DNA of 64,000 nucleotides. Origin: Haliotis cracherodii (lineage: Eukaryota). The stretch spans positions 16,182,001-16,246,000 of the forward strand of contig NW_027266275.1 in NCBI RefSeq assembly GCF_022045235.1. Direction: 5' to 3'. The translations under genes were made by a program, and so were the position numbers. This document shows positions 37,151-51,400 of this stretch, piece by piece (the stretch's first letter is position 1; every line of letters begins with the position of its first letter). A model generated the notes under the pieces. It ran no database searches, had not been told where the DNA came from, and saw only the letters and a list, made by a program, of their open reading frames with translations.

Positions 37151-39006
37151 TTACTGCTTTTGTAAAAACACAAGCATGGATACAGTTTGACATAACAATG
37201 ACCACGAGTGGGAGTGATTGAGTGAGTTGGGTTTAACGCCGCTTTTAACATTATTCCAGTTATATCGCGGCGTGTCAGCTTAATGTGATGCTGGTCTCAG
37301 ACGTTTACCACTTACCACGAGTGGGATGCATCTGCAAGTCTTAATGGCATGCCTGCTTAATGTGGGAGGCAAACCCAGAGTAACACAGTTCACAGATGTT
37401 TAAACTTTTGTCAAAACACAAGCATGGCAAAGTTGCTAACAGAACAATGATTAAGGGGGGGGGGAATCTACTATTTCAACATGGCATTCTGGTGTGACTA
37501 AGGCATATAACTCTGCACAGCACATCGCCGAGCCCAAACCTGATGAAAACAAGTGAATGTTTGGTTGATGTAAGCTAAAAAAGATAAAGACAAAGAAAAA
37601 TATAACACATAGTTTATAAAGCTAATTCTGGACACAAAAAGCCCTGAAAGCCTGTTGAACACCATGAATGAGTGGAGAAACATATCAACAGTAGCATTTT
37701 ACATAAAGTTTCTGAACAAATGTCAAAAGTCCCTAAATTTGAAATCAGAAAAAATCAGCTTATTTTGTCATGGAAAAGGTTCCAGTCTACCCTTGAAACT
37801 CCTAACAATGCATATACATCGAGAGTCTCCTATTTGCCCATTTAACAATCTCTATCACAGCTTACTGCAGCACTCATTACTCATACCACATTCATGAACT
37901 ATGGCAGTTCTTCAGGGTCATATCACTCTTGATGATACCCAGACTAGTATCCGAATCTTCCGACAGTGTCAATTGGTCAAAATATGATGCCAGACTTATC
38001 TTATAGAAATGGCAAAAACATATTTGACAGAAAAGGGCACCGTCCTGAGCCTCACACCTAGAGAGACACTCATACCTTAAATATACTCCTCAACTTTTGA
38101 CAGGGATAATCAGGTCATTCTATTTAAATGAGAGAATCAGTTTTGTGTATCATGGTAAGATAAAAATAACCCTATAAAATGTGGAGTAGTATAAAATCTT
38201 TGTGCAGCGTGGCATTGTTCTACAGCAAAGGAAGATTCTTCTGAACATTGCGATAGAAGACGGACAAACTGATTGGTAACAAAATAAGCTACAAAATCAT
38301 TAAGTCGCCAAACAATCTAAATCTAAACAAATTACAGAAAACTAGCAGCCTCCATCTGCTTCAATGCCCTGTTACTGTGGACATATTCATTGGGAAACAG
38401 ACAAAATATACCACTATATTAAACCATCAACTGATAAGAAACCATTTGCAGTATCTAACATACACTACAAAAAACAAGTTCACGATCACTATTCTTTCGT
38501 GCTACTATAGTTAATCTATCATGCCATGACAGACTAACTATAGTAATGTAAGAATCGGGTGATCCTTAACCTTTTTTAGTAGTACAGCTTACATCAGAAA
38601 AATATATCTCGCCATCATTTATAATGAATGATAAAGGAATGCTTATGCACACATAGAAAGGAGAGATCAGAATTAACACATGACTTCATTGATAAGCTGT
38701 GGTTTCCTGATTGGGTCCAAGGCTAATCAGTAACTATAGACATTTATCATCCAAAATTGCTCCCACTGGAGATATGCTTGGATGAGATCAAGCGATATCT
38801 ACACTGTAGATATCGCTGCGGAGAAATTACATCACAATGCTTTGCAGACCATTGTGACATCACTTGTTACCATGACGTCACAATCAAATGACATCACTAA
38901 TGGCTCTGCTACTGGAGCTGTTTTCAGTACTTTTTACACTGAAGACACTGCTAATTACTGTCTACAAATTGAAAAAGTTGAAAGAATGATGTTGGATGAT
39001 AAATAA

Positions 39007-39131
39007 AATCTCTCCCTCGTGTCTTTTGATATCAAATATATCAACAAAAATCCTCGGCAAGCCTCAGATTTTTTCCACTTTTATCAACTCATGTTGATAT
39101 ATTTGATATCAAAAGACACTCGGGTGAGATT
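39007..39131. mobile_element. Palindromic MITE-like element, ~40-bp TIR
   Basis: AATCTCTCCCTCGTGTCTTTTGATATCAAATATATCAACA ... TGTTGATATATTTGATATCAAAAGACACTCGGGTGAGATT. Confidence 0.75.
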
Positions 39132-41723
39132 CTCTATATCCACACACAGTGGCAGTAGATGAACGCATACAGCGTTCTGAATTGTCTCACACCCATACTG
39201 ATCACAAACACATCAGTCACAAACACAAGCAACATAAACAAAAGCTGACAGTTATTGAAATGAAAGACAAAAGAAATTATGCAGGTTAATATTTTAGAGA
39301 AGTGGTGTACTATACTGGTATTGATGGACAGAGCAACACTTCAATGGAGAGTAGCACCATATACTACTCAAAAGAAGTTAAAGAGTACCCAACCTAGCTG
39401 TTCCTTAACTTCTTTTGAGTAGTTTATATGTGCAAACAAATACAGAATCAATATCAGTGTTTTTCGTTTGAGGCCAAACCAATTAAATGTTTTATTTGAA
39501 TATTGTTTGGTAAACATAGCAAAATGCAAGCAAACACAAATACAGGTGACCCCAAAAAATGGTTATTTGATCAACAAAATTGTTAATCAATATATTTATT
39601 TTTACTTTTGTAAAATAATGTTGAAATTGGTCACTCATCCATAACAGAAAAAATAAAACTGGTCTGGCCTAAAAACAATCCATCAGGAACTGGTCATTAA
39701 AACGTGGAATTGTACACTACTCAAAAGAGGTTAAACACACTATTTTTTCCTATGACTATAGTTAATCTGTCAAGGCTGGTGGGTATTACTAAAGACTTTT
39801 TTGGGGGGGGGAGGATATATTGGTATAACTATGAATGTACTTTAACACCGACTAACTGAAGTGATGGCTTTAGGCGACCCTCCCCTGAATCTGTCGCCAA
39901 CCACCCCTTCAAAAAATGTCCTCAGCCTTGTAGGCTTGTACAGCTGAGATACACCCTGCATGAAGTATTCAACTCCTGCTAACTACCCCTCCCTTTGCTG
40001 TGCAGGCCATTTAGCACTACAAGGCATGAAGGCCTATACCAAGCAGGCACTCTGTATCAGTAATATTTACAGCTGTTGTATTGCAGCAGCCCTAGCATCT
40101 AAGGGAGGTAACTATGCCTTTTACTACAGCCTAAGCCACTCTGGTGTGAAGGTTAGTAGCATACACAATACTAAAACATCGTTTAAGAGGAATGCAAGTT
40201 TCAGTATGACTGTGTCTTTCAACACGATAACATTTCTCAAGAAATCTCTCTATACATGATAACGAGTTACAGACTGATGATGAAAGTTGCAAGATCAGAG
40301 ACATACTGGATGCCTTCCTACACTTCAAGTTTTGATAAAGGAACTTGGCTATACATTACGCAGATATATCTCACGTTAATCTTTCACGAGAACACATCCC
40401 AAATCATGAAAGTACTGATTTCCAAAGCAGCATTGTTAGGTAATTAATTTGGTTGTATGCCGATAAGAGTTACGGCCCTTCAATATGACATAACCGGTTG
40501 CGCAGTCTTTTAGGTGGGAAAATGGCCACATTCATCTGCCTTGTGATAATTTTAATACAAAAATTTGTCCACTGACATTGGAAGAACAAAACAAAATTCC
40601 GTAACAATCACTTCAAACTTTGCTATGTTTTTTTGTATTTCAGAATGAATCCTCATTTCAACATAAACTAATTTTAGTGAGAGTTTGTTGATTTTTTTCT
40701 CTTTTTTATATACAATTAGAGTCAAATGTCAGTAAAGTGCTTTAATGAAATTTTCATCTTGCCATTTTTCAAGTCGATGGATGTGTAAAACACCAACCGC
40801 AAAGATGATTGGCTAAGCATGACAGAATAGTATGGTGTGTACACCGATTCATGATATCACCATTTATACAACATGTGTGCATACGCAGAATCCGACACTC
40901 CAATATCTCCCTCCCTACACACTGGTTCCTGACAGACTTTATGATGAGAAAAGATTCTTGAAAAATCACGCAGTATAGTTCTGATCTTGCACCCTTAACA
41001 ACAAATATACATGTATAACACATGAAAATGGAAAGCTCAAGAAGATCATGTGATATTCCCAGGTCACATCTGTCTGACCATCATTGTCCAAATTAATCTC
41101 GTAAAAAGAATCAGAACTTAGAATCGTCTAAAATTGTTCACAAAATAGGTAAAACAGTTTAGTGCACTTTTTTTCACATTTTCAAAAACAACCCACTACA
41201 CAGTTAAATATCAACACAACATTGTGAAAAGGAAAATGCTTGTACTATGATCTTGAAAATACAGTTTCAAATGAGGATTTTCAAAGTCAGAGATAATGAA
41301 CTATATCACTAAATTCAACTAAGGGTCACTTGGTCTTGGACCAAGCAAACTGTTGTACGGCTAAAAGAAATAATAGTCTTGGTTCTCAGGCACCGCCCAC
41401 ATCAACATATAGTCTGCCGCATGTTTTGTTTTTATTTCCATTTAAATTTTTTTTTTTTTTTAATATTCCGCATCTTGAATACACAACCCTGGCAGTGAAA
41501 TGCTACAATACTTAAGAACAATATGATTTCACAAAAATGATTGTAAACAAACTTTGGTTACATACTAGTTTGAACTACAAAAAAAACACACACAAAAAAA
41601 CACACCGCCCGCCCGCCCGCCCGCCCGCCCGCCCGCACTATATTTTCAAAAGCCATTGCCTGAGAACCAATTCTTTTATTTTTTTAAGCCTAAGCATCGA
41701 CCCTACAGTCCTACAGTGATGTA

Positions 41724-42140
41724 CAATCAGCCAGTTCCAGACCAGGCCTTCAATCAGCCAGTTCCAGACCAGGCCTTCAATAAGCCAGTTCCAGACCAGG
41801 CCTTCAATAAGCCAGTTCCAGACCAGGCCTTCAATCAGCCAGTTCCAGACCAGGCCTTCAATCAGCCAGTTCCAGACCAGGCCTTCAATCAGCCAGTTCC
41901 AGACCAGGCCTTCAATAAGCCAGTTCCAGACCAGGCCTTCAATCAGCCAGTTCCAGACCAGGCCTTCAATAAGCCAGTTCCAGACCAGGCCTTCAATCAG
42001 CCAGTTCCAGACCAGGCCTTCAATAAGCCAGTTCCAGACCAGGCCTTCAATCAGCCAGTTCCAGACCAGGCTTTCAATCAGCCTGTTCCAGACCAGGCAT
42101 TCAATCAGCCAGTTCCAGACCAGGCATTCGATCAGCCAAC
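41724..42140. repeat. 27-bp minisatellite, ~15 copies
   Basis: (AAT(C/A)AGCCAGTTCCAGACCAGGCCTTC)n, downstream of the CCDC6 stop codon. Confidence 0.95.
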
Positions 42141-43268
42141 TGGCAGAGGAAAATTGTCCCCAATACATGGTATATCCATTTTCAGCAACCATTGTGGCCA
42201 ACCAATCTCCACTTTCATGACAAGTATGAGGGACACTTCAATAACAAGTACGGGGAAAAAGCTATCTGCCCTGGACTTCCCCAGGGACACTTAAAAATGA
42301 GGCACTTCTCTAAGATGATGTCTGAACGAACAACATAAATATATCTGTGTTTGTATGTACATGGTCTTCTTTGACTTCCTGTGCCCTGACAAGTCGCATG
42401 ACGAGGCACCACAGCAAATACATTACACCTGAAAACAATCAACAATGCCTGATATGTGATCTTCACACATAACACAGAGGAATCACCATAACAAATATAC
42501 ACAGCTTCACGTCACAGTGACAACATAGGAAACACGAAATCATTTCAGGTCTTATGCATTGGTGGATTTTCGAAGGCTGATAGAATGACAGAAAGGGATG
42601 ATAGGATTGTTCAAAATACAAAATACAAAATATGTACGCTTAACAAGATCTTCCCATACAGATATGGACTCCTGTATCCATTGAAATAAAGACTGAGAAC
42701 ACATAACCTATACTCCCACATCATTCTTTATCACAGAATAAGATGGTCATCGTGTACATGGTGTAGGAAAATAACACTGCACAAAAATAACAAGTTTGTT
42801 TCTCTCCACCGTGATCAAAGAAAAAAAATAACTCTTCTGAATCATAACATTACTTGAAAAGAAATAGGAACATACAACTGAAATCGAAATGCAAAAACAA
42901 TTTCTGTAAAGTTTCCTTAAATTTTTTTTTTTTTTAAAAACTGTTGATTTTCTGTTCCATCATTTTTTAATGTTTAAAAATAAAAACTGTATCTAAATTA
43001 TTTTCAACAACTGGGGATTGAAAAAAACATTCCGCTAAGCTTTGGTAACTTTGCACAAAGCCTTGATAGAGATCCACAGCAAGCCTCCAACTTCACAGTT
43101 GACAGCAATAACAAGAAAATCGGCAGCGGTCAGCCCTCCTCCATCACCGACCAACAACATTCAAGGCCATGTAGCACCTTGAGAACGCAAGACAACACTA
43201 TCAGTTGATTGGATAAGAGTTGGGCTTGTTCGATCGGTGGAATCGCTTGTTGACCGCCATGCTTACTA

Positions 43269-46200
43269 TCATGTCTTGTCGTTCTTCTCGCTCGGCAATG
43301 CGCTTGGTTTTGCAAATTTTTCTGGGCTGGGTCTGGGTTTCTGAAAGGGATGATGTAAAACGTCAGTACTGGAAGCTCATTCAGGTGGTGAGTGAAATGA
43401 GTGGAGTCGCAAAACGATTTAAAGACCGAGAACGGTGGAATTTGCTTCAAGTTGTTGCTAATAGTTTATCAAAATGTAAGTGACAGGCGGACATGATTTG
43501 GAACCTAGTGATAAGGGCGAGGGGACCATGATGGCTGGAATGACCTCTTTGTTTATACACAGTGGGAGCTTGCTTCTGGTTCATCATTTTGGATTCAAAC
43601 CTGGACCAGGCAAATCAGTGGACAAGAGTGTATGATATCTGATCATGAAGGTTATGATAGAGTTATCTCCCCTGTCCTACTGACAATCCAAGGACAGGTA
43701 TTCATTACTGTGACTATCTGAATCTAATGTACTGGAAACCATATCTGGTGGGGACCCAGTGAAGGTATTCTATGTCACGTGTGTCATGACATACCTACCT
43801 CATGGCATGACATGTTCACTGCTGGAAATAGTTGCCTGCCAACTAGTCAAATGCCAGTGACTTTTAAATTGGGCTAGTAACATTTCAGTCAAGCTGGCCC
43901 AAATGTCTATTTGAAAATTCTTGTCAAATACTTATTCATTTCTAGTATTTTCTACAAATCATCGAGTCAGCTGAGGCATCATTTATTGTCATTTTGTTTT
44001 CAATACGTAGTTTATTGGAAACTGGGTTATTTCTGGAAACTGATTGACTGATATGCATGTACATGTGCAAGTAGTTGTGGCTGTGAAAGTCGAAGAACCA
44101 CCACAAATGTATAATACCAAGCAACTTCTCAGCTTAGCTGTTGTTAAACATGATAATCTTAAGACTATTTTAATACATTTTGCAAATAGTGACCTCCATT
44201 AAGTAGGGCTAGTAAAATAAGATGACTTTTAACATTTACAGTTACAAACATGACATTCTCAACATGAGTTTGAATCGAAAACGCGATGCTTACGATGATG
44301 AATTCAAACTGCGAGTCTTCGCTCTAGCTGATATATTTTCTCACGGGTTCATAATTCTATATACACCGATTCACAAAATGGTGCTTCGTTGTTGATGGCA
44401 ACATATAACAATCATTATGAGATTAAAAAAACCCACGAGAAACAGCTTCCCACATTATGAAAGTGGATGACTGGTTTGTTAAATCTTTATTAGAAATAAT
44501 AATGACTTTTTCAATATAATTCCAACATTTTTCATCTTATATTTTTGAACATCTGCAAGTACCGGCACATGTCTTGCAGTCCGACTATGCAGTGTTTTTT
44601 TGCCTTTTCGGCTTATCTGCGGGTCATATCATTTTCTTTGGTATTTCAATGGTCAAGTTAACACCTCGGCTTATCTACGGGGTCGGCTTATCCGCGGTCA
44701 TATACGGTAACAAGCCGTCCTGGCCAGTGAACCTTGGATACTCATCCTACACTGGACATGCACAGCGATATCCGAGTAACAGATTCCCTAATTGAGAAAT
44801 CATGAGAATTTGTTCACTCTACACCCGGAATCAACAGATATGAATGATATCTCCAACTAAAAACATGCTGTATTTGATAAATAAACATATGCATAATGAC
44901 TTACAGCTCCATCAGTTTTACTTTTTAAAACTTGTTCAGAATGGACAATGAATTTACTGGCTCAGCATGACATCATCATAATGGTTTACACACAGGAGAT
45001 TTATACGGCTAAGTACTTCCCTGACGGACTAGGGCTGGGACGGGTAACTCGGGTACCCACAGGACTACCCAGACCCGTGGTAAGTTAAGTGATATATTGT
45101 TTAATGGCAAAAACTCACTATAGCTCAGTGGTTTCACTACAAGTCACTAATGTTTGCATTTCTTTCTGACGATGCACTGATTCCTTTTGACTTGTAAATG
45201 TTTGAGTAATGATAAAGCTTCAGTCAACTTCAGTGAACGCATGTATCTAAATAGTTTTAGCCAGAGCTGCAGTCAAACAAATACCGGTCAGACATTTTGT
45301 TCCAAACTCTTGAGACCTACAGTGGGTACCCAGGTAGGGTCAGGTAATAGGGGGTCGGGTACCCGGGTAGTAAATTTGGACTCGTCCCAGCCCTATTGCA
45401 TACAGTGTTTAAGAAGATTCAATCTTCCTTCTGCCCAGCTGACAAAGGGTATTTGTGTAATGGGTTAACTTAGGCATATTCTAATAATATCATCCAATCA
45501 GATTCAATATCCAATTTAATTTCATGATAGGCCTAAGCTAGCAAGAGCACTTAGGCTACACTATTGTTAGTGAAGCAAGAGAACATGATTGTAAACCATT
45601 ACGGCAAAGTCATGGAAAAAAACCAGCAATTAATCTATTTCTATTCTATTTTATGAGTGTGGATATTGACTTTGTTTTAAATTGAGGATCATTTGTGCAA
45701 AACTTGAAAATAAATCCTGTATTGGAAAAAGTAACAATAGATGCTTAAGTATATATACTACTCAAAAGAAGTTAAGGATCACCAGACCTTTCCTATTATT
45801 ATAGTTATTCTGTCATGCCATGACACCCCTATTTACTACTGGGATTGCAATGTGTTTAGCTGTATTGCTGATAGTCTAGATGTTATAAGATGAATGATAA
45901 GACTGGGTTGTCAAGCATCCTTTTACCACTTCCGACCAAATGATAATTCAAATATTCACATTTTCTACAGAATTGTTGGTATATGACTTTTCATATATAC
46001 TACTCAAAAGAAGTTAAATCTGTCATGGCATGACAGATTAACTATAGTCATATGAAAGGATCAAATGGTGTTACTTCTTTTGAGTAGAATATAACTGTCA
46101 GTATTGTCTTGTTCTGTATAAATATATATATATATATCTTATAACATGCGGTTTCTGCTCTAGACTAACGAAAATATTACAGTGTTGCACCGTAACTGCA

Positions 46201-48344
46201 GAATAACTGAATCTCATTTTATGTACATGATCCATATCAATTAAGATGCTACCAAGAGTCATTAGCAGATGACATCCCACCCCTCATGGAATTTGGCTAC
46301 TTTTCCCCATATTTGGTTCAGTGCCCTTTGATACCATCAGGTAAGTGAAGAAAAAATTAATGCTGTTCAGTATATTTCAAAATCCCAAATGAAACGTCAC
46401 CAGTTCACCACTAGACTGATCTTTATAGCAAGTTTCAATTAGAAATATTTATTTTGGAGTTCTGCACCAGAAACAACTTGTTTTCATCATGAAAAATCAT
46501 GACAAAAAAAAAGAAAGAAGAGAATAAATATCCCAAATCATCAAAAAGCACCAGTTCCTAACTAGACTGATCTATATAGACAGTTTCAAAAAGAAATATT
46601 AACAGTTTTGGAGTTCTGCTCCAGAAATGGAAAACAGACGGCTGATGGATGGACGGACGGATGGACATGCTGATCATTCAAAGCATGGAAAACATGGATT
46701 CCTATATTATCATGATTATGAAATATAAAACATAATAATTTAAAAACAGAAACATCTATTGTGTATTAACGTTTCTTAGACCCTACATGCTAAATGTTAA
46801 TGTGTGGAGAGTATTTTGGTAGCTTTCCATGTAAGACTGTATAATTACAAAAGAGAGCAGCAAAGCTGCACGTTGAACCAGCTAACATTTGCAAACAAAA
46901 CACAAACAGCCAACAAGACAGATGCATGCTGCAGTACCAAATAATGCAACGATGGAGCTGATGATGTTGCACAGAAACTCACATGGATGTTAGGGTTTAC
47001 CACAGGCATGCTGCTGAACACTGGTGGCGACGTGCCAGGGAGGAACGCTGGTGGGGCTGTCACCGTTGCTGCTGCCACCGACCCCGTGTGTGGGGCTGAC
47101 TGATGACCAGGGGTGTGGCCAGGTGGGTGCGAGGGAGGGTGGAAAGGCTGACCCGGCAAACTGCGTCTCATCGGACTCGGGGGACTTTTAGCTACGAACG
47201 TCAAACCTGGCAGCAGAACAACACAATGTGTGACGATGGGTGAATGAGTGAGCACACCGAGAAATACTGAGAGGAGAAGGAGGAGGAGGAGACTGTGGAG
47301 GAGAGAAAATGAAACGGAGGAAGAGAGGAAGGACATGAGAAGGTGGGACGGAGAGAAGGTAGGGAAGGGGAGGTTACAAGGTCGAGAAGGGACGGTAGAG
47401 GAGAGGAGAAGGTTGAGGAGGAGAGTAAAGGAGGAATGGAGGAAGAGAATGTGAGAAGTAGAAGGGAAGGAGAAGGTGGAGGCAAGAAGCAGGAGAGGAG
47501 AGGGATGAGGTGGAAAAGTGCAGAGAGGACAGGGATGACAAGGTGGAGAAGGTAGAGGAGAAGGTAGAGGAGAGAAGGTTGAGGAGGAGAGTAAAGCAGG
47601 AATGGAGGAAGAGAATGTGGACAGGATGAGAAGGTGGAGGGGAGATGGTTAGAGAAGGTTGAGGAGAGCAGAAGCGAAGGAGAAAATGGAGAAGGATGAG
47701 AAGGTGGAAGAGAGAAGAGGTGGAGGAGAGGAGGAGAGATGTGGAGAGGATGAGAAGGTGGAAGAGAGAAGAGGTGGAGGAGAAGAGGAGAGATGTGGAG
47801 AGGATGAGAAGATGGAGGGGAGATGGTGAGAGAAGGTTGAGGAGAGGATGAGAAGGCGGAGGAGAGGAGGAGGTAGAGGAGATGGTGGAGAGATGTGGAG
47901 AGGAGAAGGTGGAGAAATGCGGAGAGAAGGTGGAGGAGAGGAGAAGGTGGAGGAGATGGTGGAAAGGTGGTGGAGAGATGCGGAGAGAAGGTGGAGGAGA
48001 TGGTGGAGAGGTGGTGGAGAGATGTGGAGAGGAGAAGGTGGAGGAGAGGAGGTGAAGGAGTGAATCATGCTTGATTATCTATCCTTTTCTGTGCACAGGT
48101 CCACAAACTGTCTGTGCCATTTTTATTTAAGTGTTAGTAGTCACAATTGTAAATGAATTTAGAGATTTTTGTTGGGGAGTGCAGCACCTTATCTGGTTAG
48201 GGTGAAAATATGAGCTATCTACTAAACTAGTCTCAGAGAGTTTCCTTTTAATCATTAAGGTGTCAGGCTTTATTCAATGAAGCAGTGGAACCAAGAATAA
48301 TTTATTTAGTCTATTTCCAGGCAGAGAGCGATATTCAGCAGTGC

Positions 48345-48420
<76 letters not shown>

Positions 48421-51400
48421 CCTGAATGTAATCAGACTAGTGGTTAATACCACAAGCAAACATCAATACCTGTCAGCAAGGGGCTCATTCCACAAAGTGA
48501 TCATACCACTGTTAAGTATGGCAGTTACGATCACCTCAGCACTAAGATCACTTTGGGAACAGGGTACAGGACACTAGATTGTGACACTCGATCCCCATTT
48601 CTGTTGGCTCCTATTACAAGCAGTGGGTACCCGCAGATTCCCCATTGTTTTATACAAAGTTTAGAATTTTTAACAACTGTTTTTGCACAGAATATCTACG
48701 GAAAAAGGTTGGATAATCAAGAACGATGGCTTCACATTACTTTCCAAATCACAATGAAACATGATGATAAAAGCCTGCCTGATGAGGAACATCTGCAACA
48801 CAGGCAAAGCAAGGCAAAGGCTGTAGGATGCTGCACATGGATTATGAATTAAGTGTGCTCTTGGTGCCTGGATCACATAGATAGATCAGAAGTGATTGTG
48901 GACATGAAATGCAAACTAGATCATGAAGCACATCCAGCCAGGCAAACATAGCAAACAACAGCCCCCTTCTGAAACATTCGCAAACACTATAATGGACCAC
49001 TAATGTGAGGTGAAGTGTAATTGAGTTTTATTACCCACGTGGAGAAGATACAGGTTGTAAGATACTAAATCCGTACGTCACACGTGTGTCGTACAAGGTT
49101 GACCTTGTTTTATTCGTTTTGATTGGATAACCGTGACCTCTGTCACACCGGGACTACTTTTTTCATTCATAAAAAATCGCGAGACGTCATTCATTTTGCG
49201 ATTACAAGGCAGAACTGAAGAAATTCATGAGAACGAGAGATATTTACAAACACTTTATTAAACCAAACAAGATAGTCACACGCATCAAATTCGGTTTGCA
49301 TTCTATATAAGTTATGCATAGAGCTCCTACAGACATATAATAGACGTTACAGATCATTTCCCTCATATAGAGACACCAAGACATTCCAAGGCTGGCACCA
49401 AGCCCCAGTCTTTGTTTTGATCTCTAAATGTTAAGTGCCAGACTGGGAAACAACAAGTATTATGTAGAAACATCTTTAGGTACAAGGCCAAAGGATCGAA
49501 CCACTGACCTTCCTCTCTCTTGGAAGACGCTCTAGGACAACTAATGTGTGTTCGACTGACTGGCTGTGAAGAGTCAACAAACTTGTAATTCTGATGTATA
49601 CAAACCAACATTCATCTACCTGTGGTGACAAGAAGAGTTGGGGACACTGAAACTAATGCCTACCAGGTGACAGTGGTCTGGCTGTGGTATTGGAAACAGA
49701 CTATTGTGCGCTAAGAGCATGCTAAGATATCTCCTAGGTGATAGTGGTCTGGCTGTGGTATTGGAAACAGACTATTGTGCACTGATCTGACCATACAAAG
49801 ATACCTACCAGATGACAATGGTCTGGTTGTAGTGATAAGAAGAGTTTTGAAGACTTTAACAGATCAGGCTAAGATACCTACCGAGAGAGTGGTATCGGTG
49901 TGGTGTATGAAACATACACAAGTGTGCACTGATCTGAACTCACTAAGATACCACCCAGGTGACAGTCATATGGCTGTAGTGTTGGAAACAGACTATTGGG
50001 CACTGATCTGAGCTCACTAAGAAACCTGTCTACCAGATGACAATGGTCTGGCTGTGGTATTGGAGGAGGCATAGGGTATTGTGCATCAATATGAACTTGC
50101 TAAGATACCTACCAGGTGACAGTGGTCTGGCTGTGGTATTGGAGGAGGCATAGGGTATTGTGCATCAATATGAACTTGCTAAGATACCTACCAGGTGACA
50201 GTGGTCTGGCTGTGGTATTGGAGGAGGCATAGGGTATTGTGCATCAATATGATTTTGCTAAGATACCTACCAGGTGACAGTGGTCTGGCTGTGGTATTGG
50301 AGGAGGCATAGGGTATTGTGCATCAATATGAACTTGCTAAGATACCTACCAGGTGACAGTGGTCTGGCTGTGGTATTGGAGGAGGCAAAAGGTATTGTGC
50401 ATCAATATGATTTTGCTAAGATACCTACCAGGTGACAGTGGTCTGGCTGTGGTATTGGAGGAGGCATAGGGTATTGTGCATCAATATGATTTTGCTAAGA
50501 TACCTACCAGGTGACAGTGCTCTGGCTGTGGTATTGGAGGAGGCATAGGGTATTGTGCATCAATGTGAACTTGCTAAGATACCTACCAGGTGACAGTGGT
50601 CTGGCTGTGGTATTGGAGGAGGCATAGGGTATTGTGCATCAATATGAACTTGCTAAGATACCTACCAGGTGACAGTGGTCTGGCTGTGGTATTGGAGGAG
50701 GCATAGGGTATTGGACTAGAAACTGTACGGGGACGGACTGTGTGACCAGACATATCATGCTGTTTGCTCATCTCGTTAAAGTGCCTGGAAACATGAAATA
50801 ATTCAATATCATGTGGTGGAAAAATATCATCTCTGCAAGATGGTCCTTCCTTCAGACATTTGACCAAAACAATGTAAATTACTTGACTCAGGTAGGCTGG
50901 AAGCAAAAGAATACTGTTAGAAACTAGTCAAGTCAACAAGCGAATTGGCCATGTTTTGAGACAATGACACAATGAACACCATTTGTAAAGTCTCAGAAAG
51001 TGAGTGAATGTTTTCTTCAGTCACATCAGCAATATTTTAGTTATATCATGGCAACTTGTAAATATTCATCTATGGGGCAGGTTTGTAGACTACATTACCA
51101 AATATCCTTGCCACTGACACACGATCAGTCAGGTCAGTAATTGTGACCCCCAAATGCTCATGGGAGGACTCTTACAAACAGCATTAACTAATGGGGACCT
51201 ATTCTGCCCTGGAATTCAGACATGGCTGCTAAAGTGACATCATGAGTGCCAATAGTAATATGCCATGAAAAAGCTATGTGAGAAACTTGAGCAATATTAC
51301 ACTAGTGATGCCATCTGCAGCCAGTTCTTTACTTCTGTGGCTGAACCTGATCTTACCTCTCATCATCCATCTCAAGACTGGATTCGCTCTCTGACAGATG

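Noticed and set aside
41638-42294. 212-aa (NQPVPDQAF)n and 187-aa (WLIEGLVWN)n ORFs
   Set aside because: Products of a 27-bp minisatellite that is open on both strands; no evidence of splicing or coding constraint.
47201-48068. Arg/Glu-rich and Pro/Ser-rich ORFs
   Set aside because: Translations of the low-complexity GA tract within a CCDC6 intron.
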